A stretch of DNA of 64,000 nucleotides from Squalus acanthias (GCA_030390025.1 JASTWF010000031.1:3596001-3660000), one strand, 5' to 3'; shown: positions 35,438 through 49,303, counted from the stretch's first letter. Notes: generated from the sequence alone by a model not told the origin. Made by a program: numbers and translations.

Positions 35438-37204
35438 AGCAATCCTGAGTGAACTGAAGTATGGGTGTGCTGCCCACTGTAACATATAACAGTTCAGGGA
35501 TTTTAAAGAGCCTGTAGTTTCGAACCACCCATAACAACAACATGTCTGTATCCGTCAGGTTTCGTTTGTGACTAATGCTTTAGGTAATTGACGAGCCCTC
35601 CCTCCAAACGTTTCCAGAAGTTAAAAATTGTGCAATGGTTTCGGGACTAATTAAGCAATCTTGGCACTTCATTGAAATGTTAGGTTCCTATGGGAGGGTC
35701 CTGTTCCCTTACTGTCAAAATCTTCAGCCGAAGATTTAAAGGACTATTCTGACTCTTTTGAACAGTTATTCGATACCTCTGTTCCTGGGAATTTATACCA
35801 GTTGTATCCACTGAACCTCTGAGCTTCTAATCTTAACCATACTACTGTGGAGAGATCCAAATGGAAGACTGTTGCGGGGTTCGGGAACATCTGAGACAGA
35901 GTTGTGCTGAGACCACTCTTGAACCAACTTAGGCAACCACCCTCGGTAAACAGCTCTTCACCTTTCCTGTCTATCTGTTTAAGGCGTGAGTTCTTTATAG
36001 CAAATGCCAAGAAATAGATAACTAATTAATTAAATTACCTTCTTTACCAAATTACCTCTAACAGTACTTAATTTTACTATAACTACATTCCTATTATATA
36101 TTTCTACATTACAACAGTGACTACACTTCAAAAGTACTTCAATGGCTGTGAAGTGCTTTGGGACGTCCTGAGATCATGAAAGGCGCTATATAAATGCAAT
36201 TCTTTCTTTTTCCTTTATATATATTTATTAAGTAGAGACTTTTATTCGGAGGCTGCAACTGCATTGTGACAGTTGAAATAGCAAAATTGAATGGAAAATA
36301 TTGACATTGCAATCTACAATGGTTAATGCTGACAGAAAAGCATGGGCAACATCATGACAACAGGAAGCGAGGTTTGTGGGAAGGAAATTTGATCTCTGTG
36401 CAAGATGATTAATATTTATGCTTTGGCAGTGAGTATCAGAGGCCTATCAGTTTTACCTTCTGCTCACCCAGGATTCACACTCTTCCGGGGTTACAAGGCA
36501 GATTTCCCCTTCCCTAACCTGAGGACACTAAGAACAATTGTAGCTAGCCGAGATTCACTAGCTTAGCATAGACCAGGGATTGAACCTGTGATTTTGCAGA
36601 TCCAAGGGCTCAGCTACTCATTGGATAAACTCTCCGTACCATGCAAACTGAGAAGATCTCCGATTCAATCTCCAGTCTGTGCTGAGTATCCTAGCATTAG
36701 GGCAGCTAGCTTGAAAGGACAATTTCACTGGGAGAACTGTATGAACAATTGAGTATCCTATAGGTCATTGTGGACCAGATGCCTCATGTCAGTCACAAAC
36801 TCCCTACTGAGTCTGATCCTTATCTTGTACCCTTTCTGAGGTCTGGGCAGTTGCCCTTGTTGTCGTAGATCCGCTCCTTGGGGTTGATTGCTCAGTGAGT
36901 GGTACTCCTCCTCTGCCCTCTGTTTTTTCAGACCACTCCCTCCTGCTACTGCTGCACAATGTAATATCTGCATCCATGTTGTGAGAATGCAAATTCCACC
37001 ACACTATTCACTTCTATCAGTGGTGAAACTTAGAAGTCTCTTTCTTCCTGGCTTTGTACCACTAACTCAAAGATCAACCAACATGATCACTGTTAACAAA
37101 TAGACTGGAAGAACCTATTGCACATTCTTAACATAAAGGTATTAGAGGGTGTAAATGCATAGAATTTCCCAATTCTGGAATCAGATCTCACCCATCTCAC
37201 ACAG

Positions 37205-37464
37205 TTTCCTAGAAGTAAAGGGAATTAGGGGTTACGGGGAGCGGGCAGGAAATTGGACATGAGGCTGAGTTCGGATCGGTCGAGGCCCTGTGGTTGGCGT
37301 AGCGGGCCCAGGGGCTGAGTGGCCGGGTCCTGCTCCTACTTCTTGTGTTCTTTAGATTTGAGGTGAGGATCAGATCAGCCATGATCTTATTGAATGGCGG
37401 AGCAGGCTCGAAGGGCCGATTGGCCTACTCCTGCTCCTATTTCTTATGTTCTTATGTTCTTATG
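37205..37464 (+). mobile_element. CR1 3'UTR fragments
   Basis: GATCAGATCAGCCATGATCTTATTGAATGGCGGAGCAGGCTCG and (CTTATGTT)n tail, as at 31797-31893. Confidence 0.85.
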
Positions 37465-37989
37465 TGTCCCTCAAATAGTGGACATAAAAGTAGGTTAAAT
37501 ATTTGCCTGCTAATAGCGCCAAAAGTAAATTCTAGGCTAAAAAGCTTAAGTATGTTTTCAAGAATTTTAAGCCTTTAACGTCATAATTTTAATAAAAGTT
37601 CACTGAAAGTGTAAAGTTTGCTTCAAAGGTTTCAACTTAAGGGCTATATTTTCCTTTCTGTGTAATGGTTAACAATAAAATAGATGTGAGGAATCATGAG
37701 GGGCCACCGGCACTAGCCCACCTTTTCACCACATCAAATACCAAAGACACAGTGCACCATTGACTGTTCACTTGCAGTTGTTTGTGTGCTGACATGCCTA
37801 AATAGAATAGCATATTAGCGGTTAGTTTATTAATTTGCTTCGCTCGCTGGGATGGCATGTCAGGAATTCTGGTGCGTGCTCCCCATTCTCTTTCCATTGC
37901 AAAAATAAATGGACAGATTATAAGATAAATAAAAAGTGACATAATATTATTTAATGAGTGTGTGTGTATGGTGTTTCAGTGAATGTGCT

Positions 37990-38760
37990 ATAATAATAAC
38001 TTACATTTATATAGTGCATTTAATGTAGACAAACTTTCTAAGGCGCTTGACAGACGTGAAATCGGACAAGAATGGACGGAGATGGAGGTGGAGAGATAGA
38101 CAGGTTTAGCAAAGGAGCTCGAGAGCATGGGGCCTTGATGAATGAAGGAATGGTTGCCAATGGTGGGATGAAGGGAGAGGGGGATGCACAAGAGCCCAGT
38201 CGGTGGAACAGAGAGTTTGGGGGCATGGCTGTTGGGCTAGAGGACATTACAGAGATAGGGGTAAGGCCATAAAGGACTTTAAACACGAGGATAAGAATTT
38301 TAAATTGGAAACATTAGAGGACTGGGAGTCAATGCAGGCGAGGACAGGGCTGATGGGTGAACGGAACTTGGTACAGGATTGAATGCAGCAGAAAATAGGA
38401 TGAGTTAAAGTTTACAGAGAGTAGAGAAAGGAAGGCTGTTCAGGAGAGCAATCGGAATAGTTGAGTCTGAAGGTGGCAAAGGCATGGACAAGGTTTTCAG
38501 CAGCAGATGAGCTGATGTAGACACCGAGGTTACAGAGATGGAAATAGACAGTCATATTTGATGGAGAGGATATAGAGTCTGAAGCTTATCTCAGGGTCAA
38601 ATAAGATGCCGAAATTTCAAACTGTCTGGTTTAGACTGAGATAATAGTTGCAGAAGGGGATAGAATCGGTGGTACGGGTATGGTGTTTGTGGCAGGGGCC
38701 GAAGACAATGGCTTCAGTCTTCTCAATGTTTAGCTGAAGGAAATTATAGCTCACCGAAGT
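37990..38760 (-). mobile_element. Older L2 LINE 3' fragment
   Basis: Homologous to 46834-47243 and to the KTEAIVFGPCHK region. Confidence 0.75.
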
Positions 38761-38794
38761 AAGAATGTGTCTTTCTGCTATGCTTCCTCTTACG

Positions 38795-39224
38795 GGGGGT
38801 CATTTTTATTTTGTGCCGAGATCAGGTGGGCAGTGCGGAGCGATGGTGCTGATCGGGGTAGATGGGAAGTCCAGTGGTTCCTCCGTGGAGCCGAGCTGGA
38901 AGTAATGAGTTGTGGGGAGGGGGAAGCGAATGGCTTGGTTTATGCGGATGGGCCAGTAATGGGTGGCAAGATTTTTGTGGGGCTAGGAGGAGTGTTCATG
39001 CCCATTGCATCGGGGTCCTATAGTGTAGGACCCCGATTAGCATATTAAAACTAGCTTCCTGCCTGGAATAGGTGGGCACGCCAGCCACCCATTTTCAGGA
39101 CAGATCAAAAATGGTGGCTGGAGCAGCAGCAGCAGGAACGGGGCGGTAAGTGCTGCATGGCGAGTTTTGGAGCGGTACCCTCTCGTTCCCTACTGCCTGG
39201 CCAGGATGCTGAAAAATCACCCCC
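38795..39224. mobile_element. MITE
   Basis: TIRs GGGGGTCATTTTT / AAAAATCACCCCC. Confidence 0.6.
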
Positions 39225-40744
39225 GTGATTTGTGTACTTTTACATATTGCATGTCCATGCGAGGTTATACGCAAGTGTTCCTTCAGTTGAGGAAGTAACA
39301 GTGGTGGATGACTGCTGAGCCAACTGATAAACAACACGATCTAAGTTGCATACGTGACTAACACAAAGCTTTTTGGACTCGTGCCAGGAGTGCCAATACA
39401 GTGTCATTGCTATCTGATCTTGCAGAGCAACGTAGTGACCCAGAATTTCCACTAATGTTACTGTCCCTGTTTCCATGCCTGACGGAGACCGTCTCCTCAT
39501 GACCACGATAGAGCTGCCTGGAATTAGAACCATGTGCCTCTCTCAGCTCTTTGAGCTCCTCCATGATGGACGTCCAAGCCATTCGGAACCATCTTTGAGT
39601 ACTTCTTGGATTTGAACCCTAAGGCATCCCTAGTAACATTCCTTTGTTTGAGCTATTACATTTGTATTGCATGAATTATCTACAACAAAATCACATGCAA
39701 CTGCCATTTTGATTTTGGTTTGAAAGTTCTCCAATATCAATGAAATTGACATATTACACATAAAAAGGGGGAATAAATAGCCCTAAATGTTTTAAAAGTT
39801 TAATTTTAACTCCCCACCCTTGCTTGACGGATGCAGGTGGAATGTTGCTGTGTTTAGGTAATGACAATTGTTGCTCTTAATTGTTTTGAAGACTTCCTCA
39901 TTTCTGTACCAAAATCTGTAATACATTTGCTTAAAATTTATTTTGGATTGTGAATTGAAAATATTTCTACAATTTGGCTTTTCTGGTTTGATTTTTGGAA
40001 TAGTCATTACCAGAAATTTACATAAGAATATTTCTGCAGCTGTGTTGCAAATAAAATTAAAGGGTGTACTGACATTCAAAACAGCCATTTGGTTCTCCAA
40101 GAGTTAAATCGGCAGGACACACATGTGTGCATTTGCTCATTGTAGTGCTCATTAAAAAGGAGATGCTAGCCCAGATCTTCTGATTCGGTGTCTGGCAGGG
40201 GGCATTGGCCATTGGCCATTGGCCATCGGCTGTGCAAATCAAAATCACAGGCATGCTGCCAACAATTTTCCATCCATTAAAACTAATGTAGGGAAACTCG
40301 TGGGCTGCAAACCTGTGACTTCCAGATATGTGGCTTCCCTTGGTAGTGCAAACATGGAAAATTACCCTTGGTATCATCTGATTCAATGATCAAAAGTGCT
40401 TTGTTTCATTGATTGGTTGTTTGGTTGATGGGGACGTGTTAAGTGCACTTAGATCTCTGTGGAGAGAAATATATTTTTCTTCTGCATCTGGTGTGAATCC
40501 TGGCTAATGCCACATTTGTATAATATTCTTGTTTGTATATTTTTATGTAGAATTGTCAGTTGTAAATTTGCCTGTGATATCTTTGAACTCATCTGAAAAT
40601 ATCTGCTTCAAAAGAATTAAGAGGTTGAAAGATGGATCTTCAAACAGTTCAGTCAGACTACTTTAAATCTAGTGTAAGTATTTTAAGTGTGCAACTCTGG
40701 TAAAGGCAGATTATAGTAAAAGGCTCAGCTTCCAGATTGTGGGA

Positions 40745-41905
40745 GACAAGACTTGCTTATACTGCCCTCAATTGGTTCCACTCTTACGCATCCAATTATA
40801 GCCAGAGCATTTCCAGCAAGGGTTTCTTTTCCTGCCCCCGCACCGTTACCTTTGGAGTCCCATAAAGTTCTATTTGTGGCTCTCTCCTCTTCCTCACCTA
40901 CAGGCTGCCCCTTGTTTACAGCATCTGAAGACACAGGGTCAGCTACCACATGTAGGCTGATGATACCCAGTTCTACTTCTCCACCACTTGTCTCAACCCC
41001 TCCACTAGCTCTGTATTGTAAGACTGCTTGTCGAACATCCAGTCTTGAATTGCCTGCAATTTCTTCCAGCTAAACATTGGGAAGACTGAAACCAATGGCC
41101 TAGAAATTGCGGTCGGAGGCGTACCTCTGGAGTTTGCCTCCGACCCGCAAAACAATTACAAAAGTACTTCCTGGCATCCAGGCTGCGAAAAGCTGCAGTC
41201 TCGGGCCTCCAGGTGTAAGGCAGCGAAATGGCCCACGGATCCCAGGGATGCAGGCGGTTCAGAAGAGTACCTGGGATCACATGGGCCCGGTCCTCCAATG
41301 ACAAAGAAGAATTCCATTTCAATCATTTACGGAGGGAATCCCCCAATGATATGCAATGGAATCACCAAATCTAATTATTATACAATATACAGAATTGGAA
41401 TTTTATTCATAAGTTCCTTCATTGCACCGACCTCAATAAAAAATTTATTTTTTTGATAATTTTATACACCATTAAGACTGTAATCCAGGCCAATATTTGC
41501 ATAAACTCATTTAATACAGTGTATGTGCATAATTTAGGATATAAAAATGTTTAATTTAAGCCTTAGATATCCCCTTACGCTGATGCAAACAGGCCCTATG
41601 CCTGCTTGCATCAACCGTAAGACTTATGTGGACAATTGCTGAGCAAATAGCTCAACTCTGCGCCAGCGATTGCTTTTTGGGACCCCCTGCGGATGGCCTG
41701 TCAAGCTGCAAGTTCCAGATTTTGCGCAAGAGCATGCAGAAATCCGAAACTTGTGGGGCATTTCAAAAGGAATATGGCGGCATACTCTGAGAGTACGCCA
41801 TCAAAGACACCGCAATTTCAGGACCATTGCCTTCAGCCCTCACCACAAACCTTTGCCACCAATTCCATTCTCCTCCCACGCCACTGTTTCAAGTTGAACC
41901 AGACT
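40745..41905 (+). mobile_element. L2 RT fragment split by a MITE
   Basis: WFHSY.SN.SQSI; H.*ADDTQFY; FFQLNIGKTE|...|IAFSPHHK resumes after 41825. Confidence 0.75.
41097..41825. mobile_element. Harbinger-like MITE nested in L2
   Basis: TIRs GGCCTAGAAATTGCGGT / ACCGCAATTTCAGGACC, TSD AAT/ATT. Confidence 0.8.
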
Positions 41906-41914
41906 TCTCACTCA

Positions 41915-42452
41915 AAATATATTAAAGCTATATAGAGTGGACAACATAGATTCACCAAGAGGATGTCAGGGATAAGAAACTACAGTTATGAGGAGAGGAT
42001 TGAGATACCGGGACTATTTCCATTGGAACAAAGAAGTCGATGGGGATATTTGATAGAGTTTTTAAAATTATGAAGGGTTTTGATAAGAGTGCATAAGGGG
42101 AGTTAGTGACAAGCGATTACCAATTTAAAATTGTCACTGAGAGAGTGATAAGAGGTTGGGAGAAATTTGTTTACACAGGGGAACATGGAATACTTTGCCA
42201 CAAGGAGTAGTTAAGGAAGAAACTATTGCAACGCTTAAGGGAGAATTGGATAAATATTTAAAGCAAAAGGGGATTTAGGACTATGGGGGAAAAGAGTATA
42301 GCGCAGTGGGATTAGTTTTGGATTGCTCGAGCAAAGAGCTGGTAAACTCACGAAGGGCCAAATGGCTTAATTCTGTGCCATAATCTTATTGAATGTCGGA
42401 GCAGGCTTGAAGGGCCAAATGGCCTTCTCTTGCCCTATTTCTTATGTTCTTA
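41915..42452 (+). mobile_element. CR1 3' fragments
   Basis: GLFPLEQRSRWGYLIE..KIMKGFD and two CR1 tails. Confidence 0.75.
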
Positions 42453-43478
42453 TAAACTTTTATGGGTCAATAGATTATTAATATAAATGAAACTATATTG
42501 CCTAAAATAAATGACTTAATTGGAGAGTAAAATCGGATGGAATGTAAAACCAGCGGTCAGCTCAATCCTGTCAGATTCCAGTCGGGCGAGTTCAGTTAAA
42601 ATCACCTCCTCTGCGGCTGGGGTTTTCTGCTTGTGCGATCTCCAGTCTTCGATTTTCCTCTGATTTATTTTAAGGGACAGGATTATCAAGGGCTAGCAAG
42701 AGCACAAGCAGAAAATGTGGCCAATGTGCCTGTTGGTATCATTGGGGCTGTTAATCAGGTGCTCGTGGAAACAAGCTCGGGCCATTAAAGTGTGTGCCTT
42801 TAGGAGAGAGCAAAACAATTGTGGAAAATAATTTGGGTAGCTAAAAGTTATCCTTTTTCAGCATGACTTAAGTAGATAATTTAAAACATTACAAAAATGG
42901 AACTGTTTCATTTGACTTCATGTTCTAGTCTTGAAGGATTAGATGGAGCAGTGAATTACTCCTCTCATCACTGGGGAATGGATTCAAACCCAGCCCAGAC
43001 AATGACTTTCCTTCTCTGGCTATAAAGATTTCTAAGTGAATTCAGATGTTTAATTCACTTCCTAATGGGCACGCGGCTATAGCTCAAAACTGCAGAATTT
43101 AGTTCTAATTAGGAACGTTTTGCTTAAATAGGCCTTATAGTATTTAGGAATATGAATGTTGCACTATTGTACTGATGAATACTCCTCCGAGCTTGGGGTG
43201 AAGGCACATTGCTGAACCAGAGTAGCAAAGATTTACCCTGTATCTGATGTGTATTGTAACTTGCCCGGTAATGGTACTGGTTCTGATAGCACAAATTGAA
43301 AATGTATCCCACTAGCACAGGAACCCTCACCTTTTGATGAACAGAAAATTCACCTTAAAAAGTTTCCTTCGCTTGGCATTACTACAAACATGAGTATGAT
43401 CTGTTCCCAGCCTCAGTCTCTCTAATTCTCCAGCCATATAGAGGAATCAGATATAGTTATCAATGTACTGTATTCATA

Positions 43479-44125
43479 GGGCTGGAATTTGATACTGGGG
43501 CGGGTTGGGGTCGTGTCATCCACTTTTCATGTTATCCACCTGACTGCAATTGGATGTGGGAGATTGATGCAATTTTCACCTAATTGGGCAATTGAGTTCC
43601 AGCATGTGGGAACCCATGAACCAATTAGTGTTTTCAGTCTGAAAGTCGCCTCTGATAATGTCATCATTGCTGCTGCATTGAAGGTCTTCAGAGACTGCCT
43701 GGCCTTTGCTGTGAGAGGACCTGGATGCAAAATGACCAGCAGCAGCCCTAAGTCTGCTCCCAGATATTTTTACACAGAGACAGAGAGAGAGAGAAAGAGA
43801 AACAGAGACACAGAGAGACAGAGAGAGACTCCCGCCAGGTTTCACAATCATGGTTCAGAACAGGCGTGCTTCAGGTAGAACAAGGGTTCAAATCACAAAG
43901 GCCTTTCAAAATGGCATTATAGAGCCAATTTAGTGCTTGTTAAGGGCCTTAACAGCCTATCCCGTCTCTTAGAGGCAGGACGGAGTCGGGACCAGCAGAC
44001 ACGATTTCATCAAAATTGCGTGGAGGTGGGATGGAGGCGGACTTGTGCCCGCCCGCCAGTTTTCGCAATTTTAACCCCCCACACACCTCCAAACCCGCCT
44101 CCACGGGTCAATGAAAATCCAGCCC
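43479..44125. mobile_element. Harbinger-like MITE related to the element at 1-3542
   Basis: TIRs GGGCTGGAATTT / AAAATCCAGCCC, TSD ATA; internal (GA/CA) microsatellite. Confidence 0.85.
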
Positions 44126-45799
44126 ATATTGTATACTGTGTAATGACTGTGAACATGTCACAGAAGCAGAGTCAGCTCCAAGAGATGGGACACACAGCTG
44201 GAATGGTGATGTGGCATAGTTGGGAGATGACAACCTGTCAGAGAGAGAAGTAGCACTCCTTCACTTCTCTTGGAAAACCAAACTGAGCGTTTTCAAAAAA
44301 CAAATCGACCACTGGGAGCTTTTCTCTAAAGCGCTCACCCCTAGCCAAAAGATAGTGCTTTTTTTGTGATTTTAACTCCTCTCCATAGATCCCCAATTTA
44401 AAAAGATCTGTAACCATATTCAACATTTCTTGAATTTGGTAGAAATGTGTTATTTTGCATATTGGGTTATGTTGGGTTTCAAATTCTTACAAAGAAGGTC
44501 TTCTCGTCATTTGTTCCAGTAATCTACTGCAAAAACCCCATTAGCTATCACTTTAAAATAGAAAAAAAAGCCTATTTACATATCAACAACCCAATGGATA
44601 AGAATCTCAATGACAACTCAACATGCACATTTACGATAGGAATGTGCAGGAATTAGTTTCCTGATGCTTATTAGCAGAGTGCGATTGTTTTACCACAAGC
44701 CAATTTGGTACGATGTAAGGCAGCACCTTTAAGAGGAACGTGATGTGTTAATTCTGGATGAGACACAGGAACGAAACCATTATCTCAGAAAGATCAAAGT
44801 CTTGCAGGTAGCATATTCTGAGGGTATTTCATATTTTTCTTTGAGAAGTAGATTGTTGGGCAAGATTGTTGATCGAAGCTTGAGAAAAACAAAATGCTGG
44901 AGTGCAGCAAAGAGCCCTGTAGTTAAAATGTCACTGAGGGGTGTGACAGGGCTTGGCTATTGTGCTGCATTTTAAAAATAGCAAGGAGAATAAACAATAT
45001 TGAAATGAAGCAGGTTATCGTCACTGGAGCCATTAGTGTAATTCAAGCAAGCATTGACAAATAGATCTGACTACTCAAAATTATCATTTTTTGGATGAAT
45101 GATAACACTTTATAGCTGTACTTTTATTAATTATTCCTTCATTTCTGACAATTGTTGAAGTCCTCTGTCCTCTATTCATTTTCGATTAGATAATGCTACA
45201 TCTTTTACAGCACATTCACAGCCGTTCTTAGTTTTTAAATCAGCCTTTTTAACGTTCTAACCACATTGGCCATGGTTTTATTACTGGTGTAAACAGCAGG
45301 CTGAACTCTGTGCCAGCACCCAGCCGTATGTATCGCCTCCTGCTCCAGTGCCTTCATGAGGAACGAACATGCTCATCAGAATCTGATGGCATTCAGCTTG
45401 TACCTTGGTCAATTTGGAAATGACTCATTCCCTGGACACTGAAGACACCGTTGGACTCAGCAGCCAATTCAGAAATCTGTGAAATCAGGTTTTATCCCCC
45501 CCGCTATTACTGATCTTATCGGTCACGTAACTTTAGCTCTAACCTGCTCTTGAGCTGTCTGCTAGGAAGTGTGAACAATGACCCTTTCCAATTTTGTTCT
45601 CCTGTGTGTGGCTGAGTCCAGGATCTCTGTAACTGGGGGGAAATTGAGCCTGTGGCACCACGTGTTGGTGCACCGTGCCACTCCCCTTAAGTAATTGTTT
45701 TCTGTATTTGTCACCTCATTCACAAACAGCCATTTTAGTTTCGTCCCAATGCTATCCGGTTACTTGGTTTTCACTGTAACTCTGATTCATTTATTTCAG

Positions 45800-45986
45800 T
45801 ATGAGGCCTGTGATGGTGCTCCACAATGAAGGAGTCAACTTCCAATTACATTCTGTCAGCAACGAGGACGAAGCTTGGAAAAACTACCTGGAAAATCCAT
45901 TAACTGCAGCAACAAAGGCCATGATGAGCATCAATGGTGATGATGAAAGTGTAGCTGCATTGAGTTTCCTCTATGACTATTACAAG
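45800..45986 (+). CDS. grhl3: grainyhead-like 3, exon 2
   Basis: TTTCAG|T ATG...; [11 protein letters not shown]...[42 protein letters not shown]|GTATTT; 187 nt. Confidence 0.95.
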
Positions 45987-46833
45987 GTATTTGTTTTGAT
46001 TGGAAGGTGTGTGATCAAAGGGACAAGTTTATTTTGTATGAAACAAGTTTTTACCTTAGTAACAAAATCTCAATTCAAGGATCCCTCTGCTTTCTGTACA
46101 GCATCAGAATGACTAACATGACATGACACGAGAATATTTTGCAAATTTTGAGCCCCTCCCATTTTTTTTGTGGTTCTATATAGTTCCATTAGCTCACTGC
46201 CTCCACACCCTCCTTCATTGGAAGGGTAGGGCAGTCCAAACAGTGAATATTTACACTAATGGCACCAAGTCGTCCCATGACCTATTTGGCAAGTAGCACG
46301 GACTCATCAAATCAGTTCCCTTAGGGTTTATTTGAACATGAATATCAAATTAGACTACGATTTTAGCTTAAGTTCCCTTGTCAACATTTCAATGCTCTAA
46401 AGCCAATGAAAATCAAACGCTTAGAGAACTTTTCTATTTTCCATTCAATAGCCAAATTGAAATATAAATGATCAAAAGAACGATTTTCTCGCTTTCCAAA
46501 CATCAAGTGGCACAGTGGGCACTACCAACTTAAGCTTCTGCTGTAGTGTATGTTCCCAGATGAAATTAAATGTTCTCCTTCATTGCAGCACTTTACGACA
46601 AATCCCTAAGCTGACTGGTGGGCTAGTTTTTATTTTGTTGCTTTTGGTCTGAAAGTCCTTTTGGTCGTCAAAAGGTTACTCCTTGTGATGGCTCAGCAAA
46701 TGACTGACAAATTCATAGATACACCAGACAGCCTACGTAAATGCATACCAGGGCTGCTATGTGATTATTTGCCCTCTTTAAATCAGGGGAGAGAGACTTG
46801 AATGCAGGGAAGTGAAGAGAGGCTCTGGAAAGT

Positions 46834-47243
46834 CAACAACAACTTGTATTTATATAGCTCCTTTAATGTAGTAAAACGTCGCAAGGCACTTCATAGGAGT
46901 ATTACAAGACAAAAAAATTTGACACCGAGCCACATAAGGAGAAATGAGGGCAGATGACCAAAAGCTTGGTCAAAGAGGTAGGTTTTAAGGAGCGTCTTAA
47001 AGGAGGAAAGAGAGGTAGAGAGACGGAGAGGTTTAGGGAAGGAATTCCAGAGCTTAGGGCCTAGGCAGCAGAAGGAGCGATTAAAACCAGGGATGCTCAA
47101 GAGGGCAGAACTAGAGGAGCGCAGATATCTCGGGGGGGTTGCGGGGCTGGAGGAGATCACAGAGATATGGAGGGGCGAGGCCATGGAGGGATTTGAAAAC
47201 AAGTATGAGAATTTTGAAATCGAGGTGTTGCTTAACCGGGAGC
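46834..47243 (-). mobile_element. L2 LINE 3' end (antisense)
   Basis: GPKLWNSFPKPLRLSTSLSSFKTLLKTYLFDQAF, stem-loop tail and (TTG)n. Confidence 0.9.
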
Positions 47244-47572
47244 ACTCGAGACGTGCATATTGAACAATAACAACTTGCATTTGAGAAATGTTAACATCAC
47301 TATAAAATGTGCTCCAATATTCCTATAAACATGAAGGAACCCACGTAAATAGTCTATTATCTCATTTGTAAAAGTAAGATAATATCAAGTCATTCAATTA
47401 ACTGATGTGAACAAGCTGATGGTTGAACCGTCCTAAGTATGTGTTATTCTACAATTACTACAGGTAGTTCAAACTGATTCCTGGTGATTGATGCAATTTT
47501 TCGCCAGTCTGAACAGTTTGTGAGTTTCCCATGTTCAGTTTTTTTTTTAATGTGATGTTACTTCTTTTAAAG

Positions 47573-47643
47573 GTCCCAAAGCAGGAAAGAATTCTATTGC
47601 CTGGAAAAGTACCTCGTCCGTGTGAACCGAATTTATTAAAGAG
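47573..47643 (+). CDS. grhl3: grainyhead-like 3, exon 3
   Basis: TTTTAAAG|VPKQERILLPGKVPRPCEPNLLKR|GTATGA; 71 nt, phase 0 to 2. Confidence 0.88.
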
Positions 47644-48380
47644 GTATGAGATATGTTTAGACCTTGATGTTTCTTTTTCCAGTGACTGGCCACGTCATAT
47701 TTTACTCAATTGAAGACGGAAGAAAACAACACTGGACTGAATTCCCCTGAGGGCAAATACTTTTTCCATTTTCCATCTCAAGTGGCCTTCATCTGTAAGC
47801 ACAGGGCATTTTCTTTGTTTTCAGTGCAGACAAAAATGTGCAAGAGGTGAACCCCCCTGTCTCAGAGCCAGAATCAAGACAATGTCTCAAAACCACTAAA
47901 ATGGCAACATGCCATTTTTTCACCTCTGCGCCTATTTCGAAGATAATTGGGTATGGCAGAGTGCGCCTGTCAGCCACCCAATAGTTCCTAGCAGGAGGCT
48001 CGCACTATGTTAGCAATCGGCTGGCAGGCTGCGGACGGAAAACCATTCCCCTGGGGCAGCCTACTGGCTGCCACAATATTGGGTGGCCCCTCCGGCCGGG
48101 AAGAAGGCGAGGATGGGGAGGATCCAACCTCGGAAGTGGTGGGACCAGGTGCGGCAGTGGCCTAGGCTGGTTTTGTGAACACTCCTGCTCCTCCCGGCCC
48201 CACAAAAATACAGTAAAACTTACCTATGGGCTCATCTTTGTCTCCAACCCGTAACTGTCCTAAAATGGCAGTCGGTGTCCTATGTACGTCCCCACAAGGA
48301 AAGTAAAGGAAAACTTACCTTAAAGAAGCCTTTTCTGGTCCCTGATCCTCTTCCCACTCTCTTGACCTAGTAGGAAATCG

Positions 48381-48853
48381 TCCATCACCCCTGTGCTCGC
48401 TGACCTACATTGGCTCCCAGTTAAGCAGCGCCTCGATTTCAAAATTCTCATCCTTGTTTTCAGATCCCTCCATGGCCTCGCCCATTCCCTATCTCTGTAA
48501 TCTCCTTCAGCCCCACAACCCCCCCGAGATATCTGCGCTCCTCTAATTCTGGCCTCTTGAGGATCCCTGATTATAATCGCTCCACCTTTGGTGGCCGTGC
48601 CTTCTGTTGCCTAGGCCCTAAGCTCTGGAATTCCCTGCCTAAACCTCTCCGCCTCTCTACCTCTCTTTCCTCCTTTAAGACGCTCCTTAAAACCTACCTC
48701 TTTGACCAAGCTTTTGGTCAGCTGCCCTAATTTATCCTTATGTGGATCGGTGTCAAATTTTTTTTTTGTCTTAAAATACTTCTGTGCAGCGTCTTGGGAC
48801 GTTTTACTGCGTTAAAGGCGCTATATAAATACAAGTTGTTGTTGTTGTTGTTG
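48381..48853 (+). mobile_element. L2 LINE 3' end (sense)
   Basis: Same family as 46834-47243; ITPVLADLHWLPV...; (TTG)n tail. Confidence 0.9.
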
Positions 48854-49303
48854 AAAGCCACAGCAGCTTCCCTGCATCAGGACTGAGTTAAAAATGACGG
48901 CCTCAATCTGCATATTTAAAGAAGGACCCCATCGGCTTCAGCCGGGTGCTTTTGCCGCTTGCTCAAAAGAGTCGTTAAAATCAAGATCAACGCAAAAGAG
49001 GCGGAAAATCGGAGGTTGATCACCAGGGGCATTTTAACTGTCCACCAGCCCGTTATCCATCAGGTGGGTAGGGTTAAAATTGGCCCCACTCTTACAGTTG
49101 AAGGAATTAGACCCTGACTGACTGACAGATCTACTCACTCACTGGAAGGCAGCTGGAGGGTACAAACTGGGACTCACTGACCCATTTCCTCACCGAAGGG
49201 GGTGTTTGGAGTTGAAATCCATCCAGAAAAATCAAAAATGTAATAAAATGAGGGGAAAAGTTTGATTCAGTGCCTTTTTCACAAACGCATTTTTTTTCTA
49301 CAG

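Noticed and set aside
36758-37090. Possible Harbinger transposase N-terminal fragment (IRLSREFVTDMRHLVHNDL)
   Set aside because: Only a short motif resemblance; no termini identified.
39240-39620. ORFs of 74-97 aa on the minus strand
   Set aside because: No motif I can assign; probably a decayed repeat.
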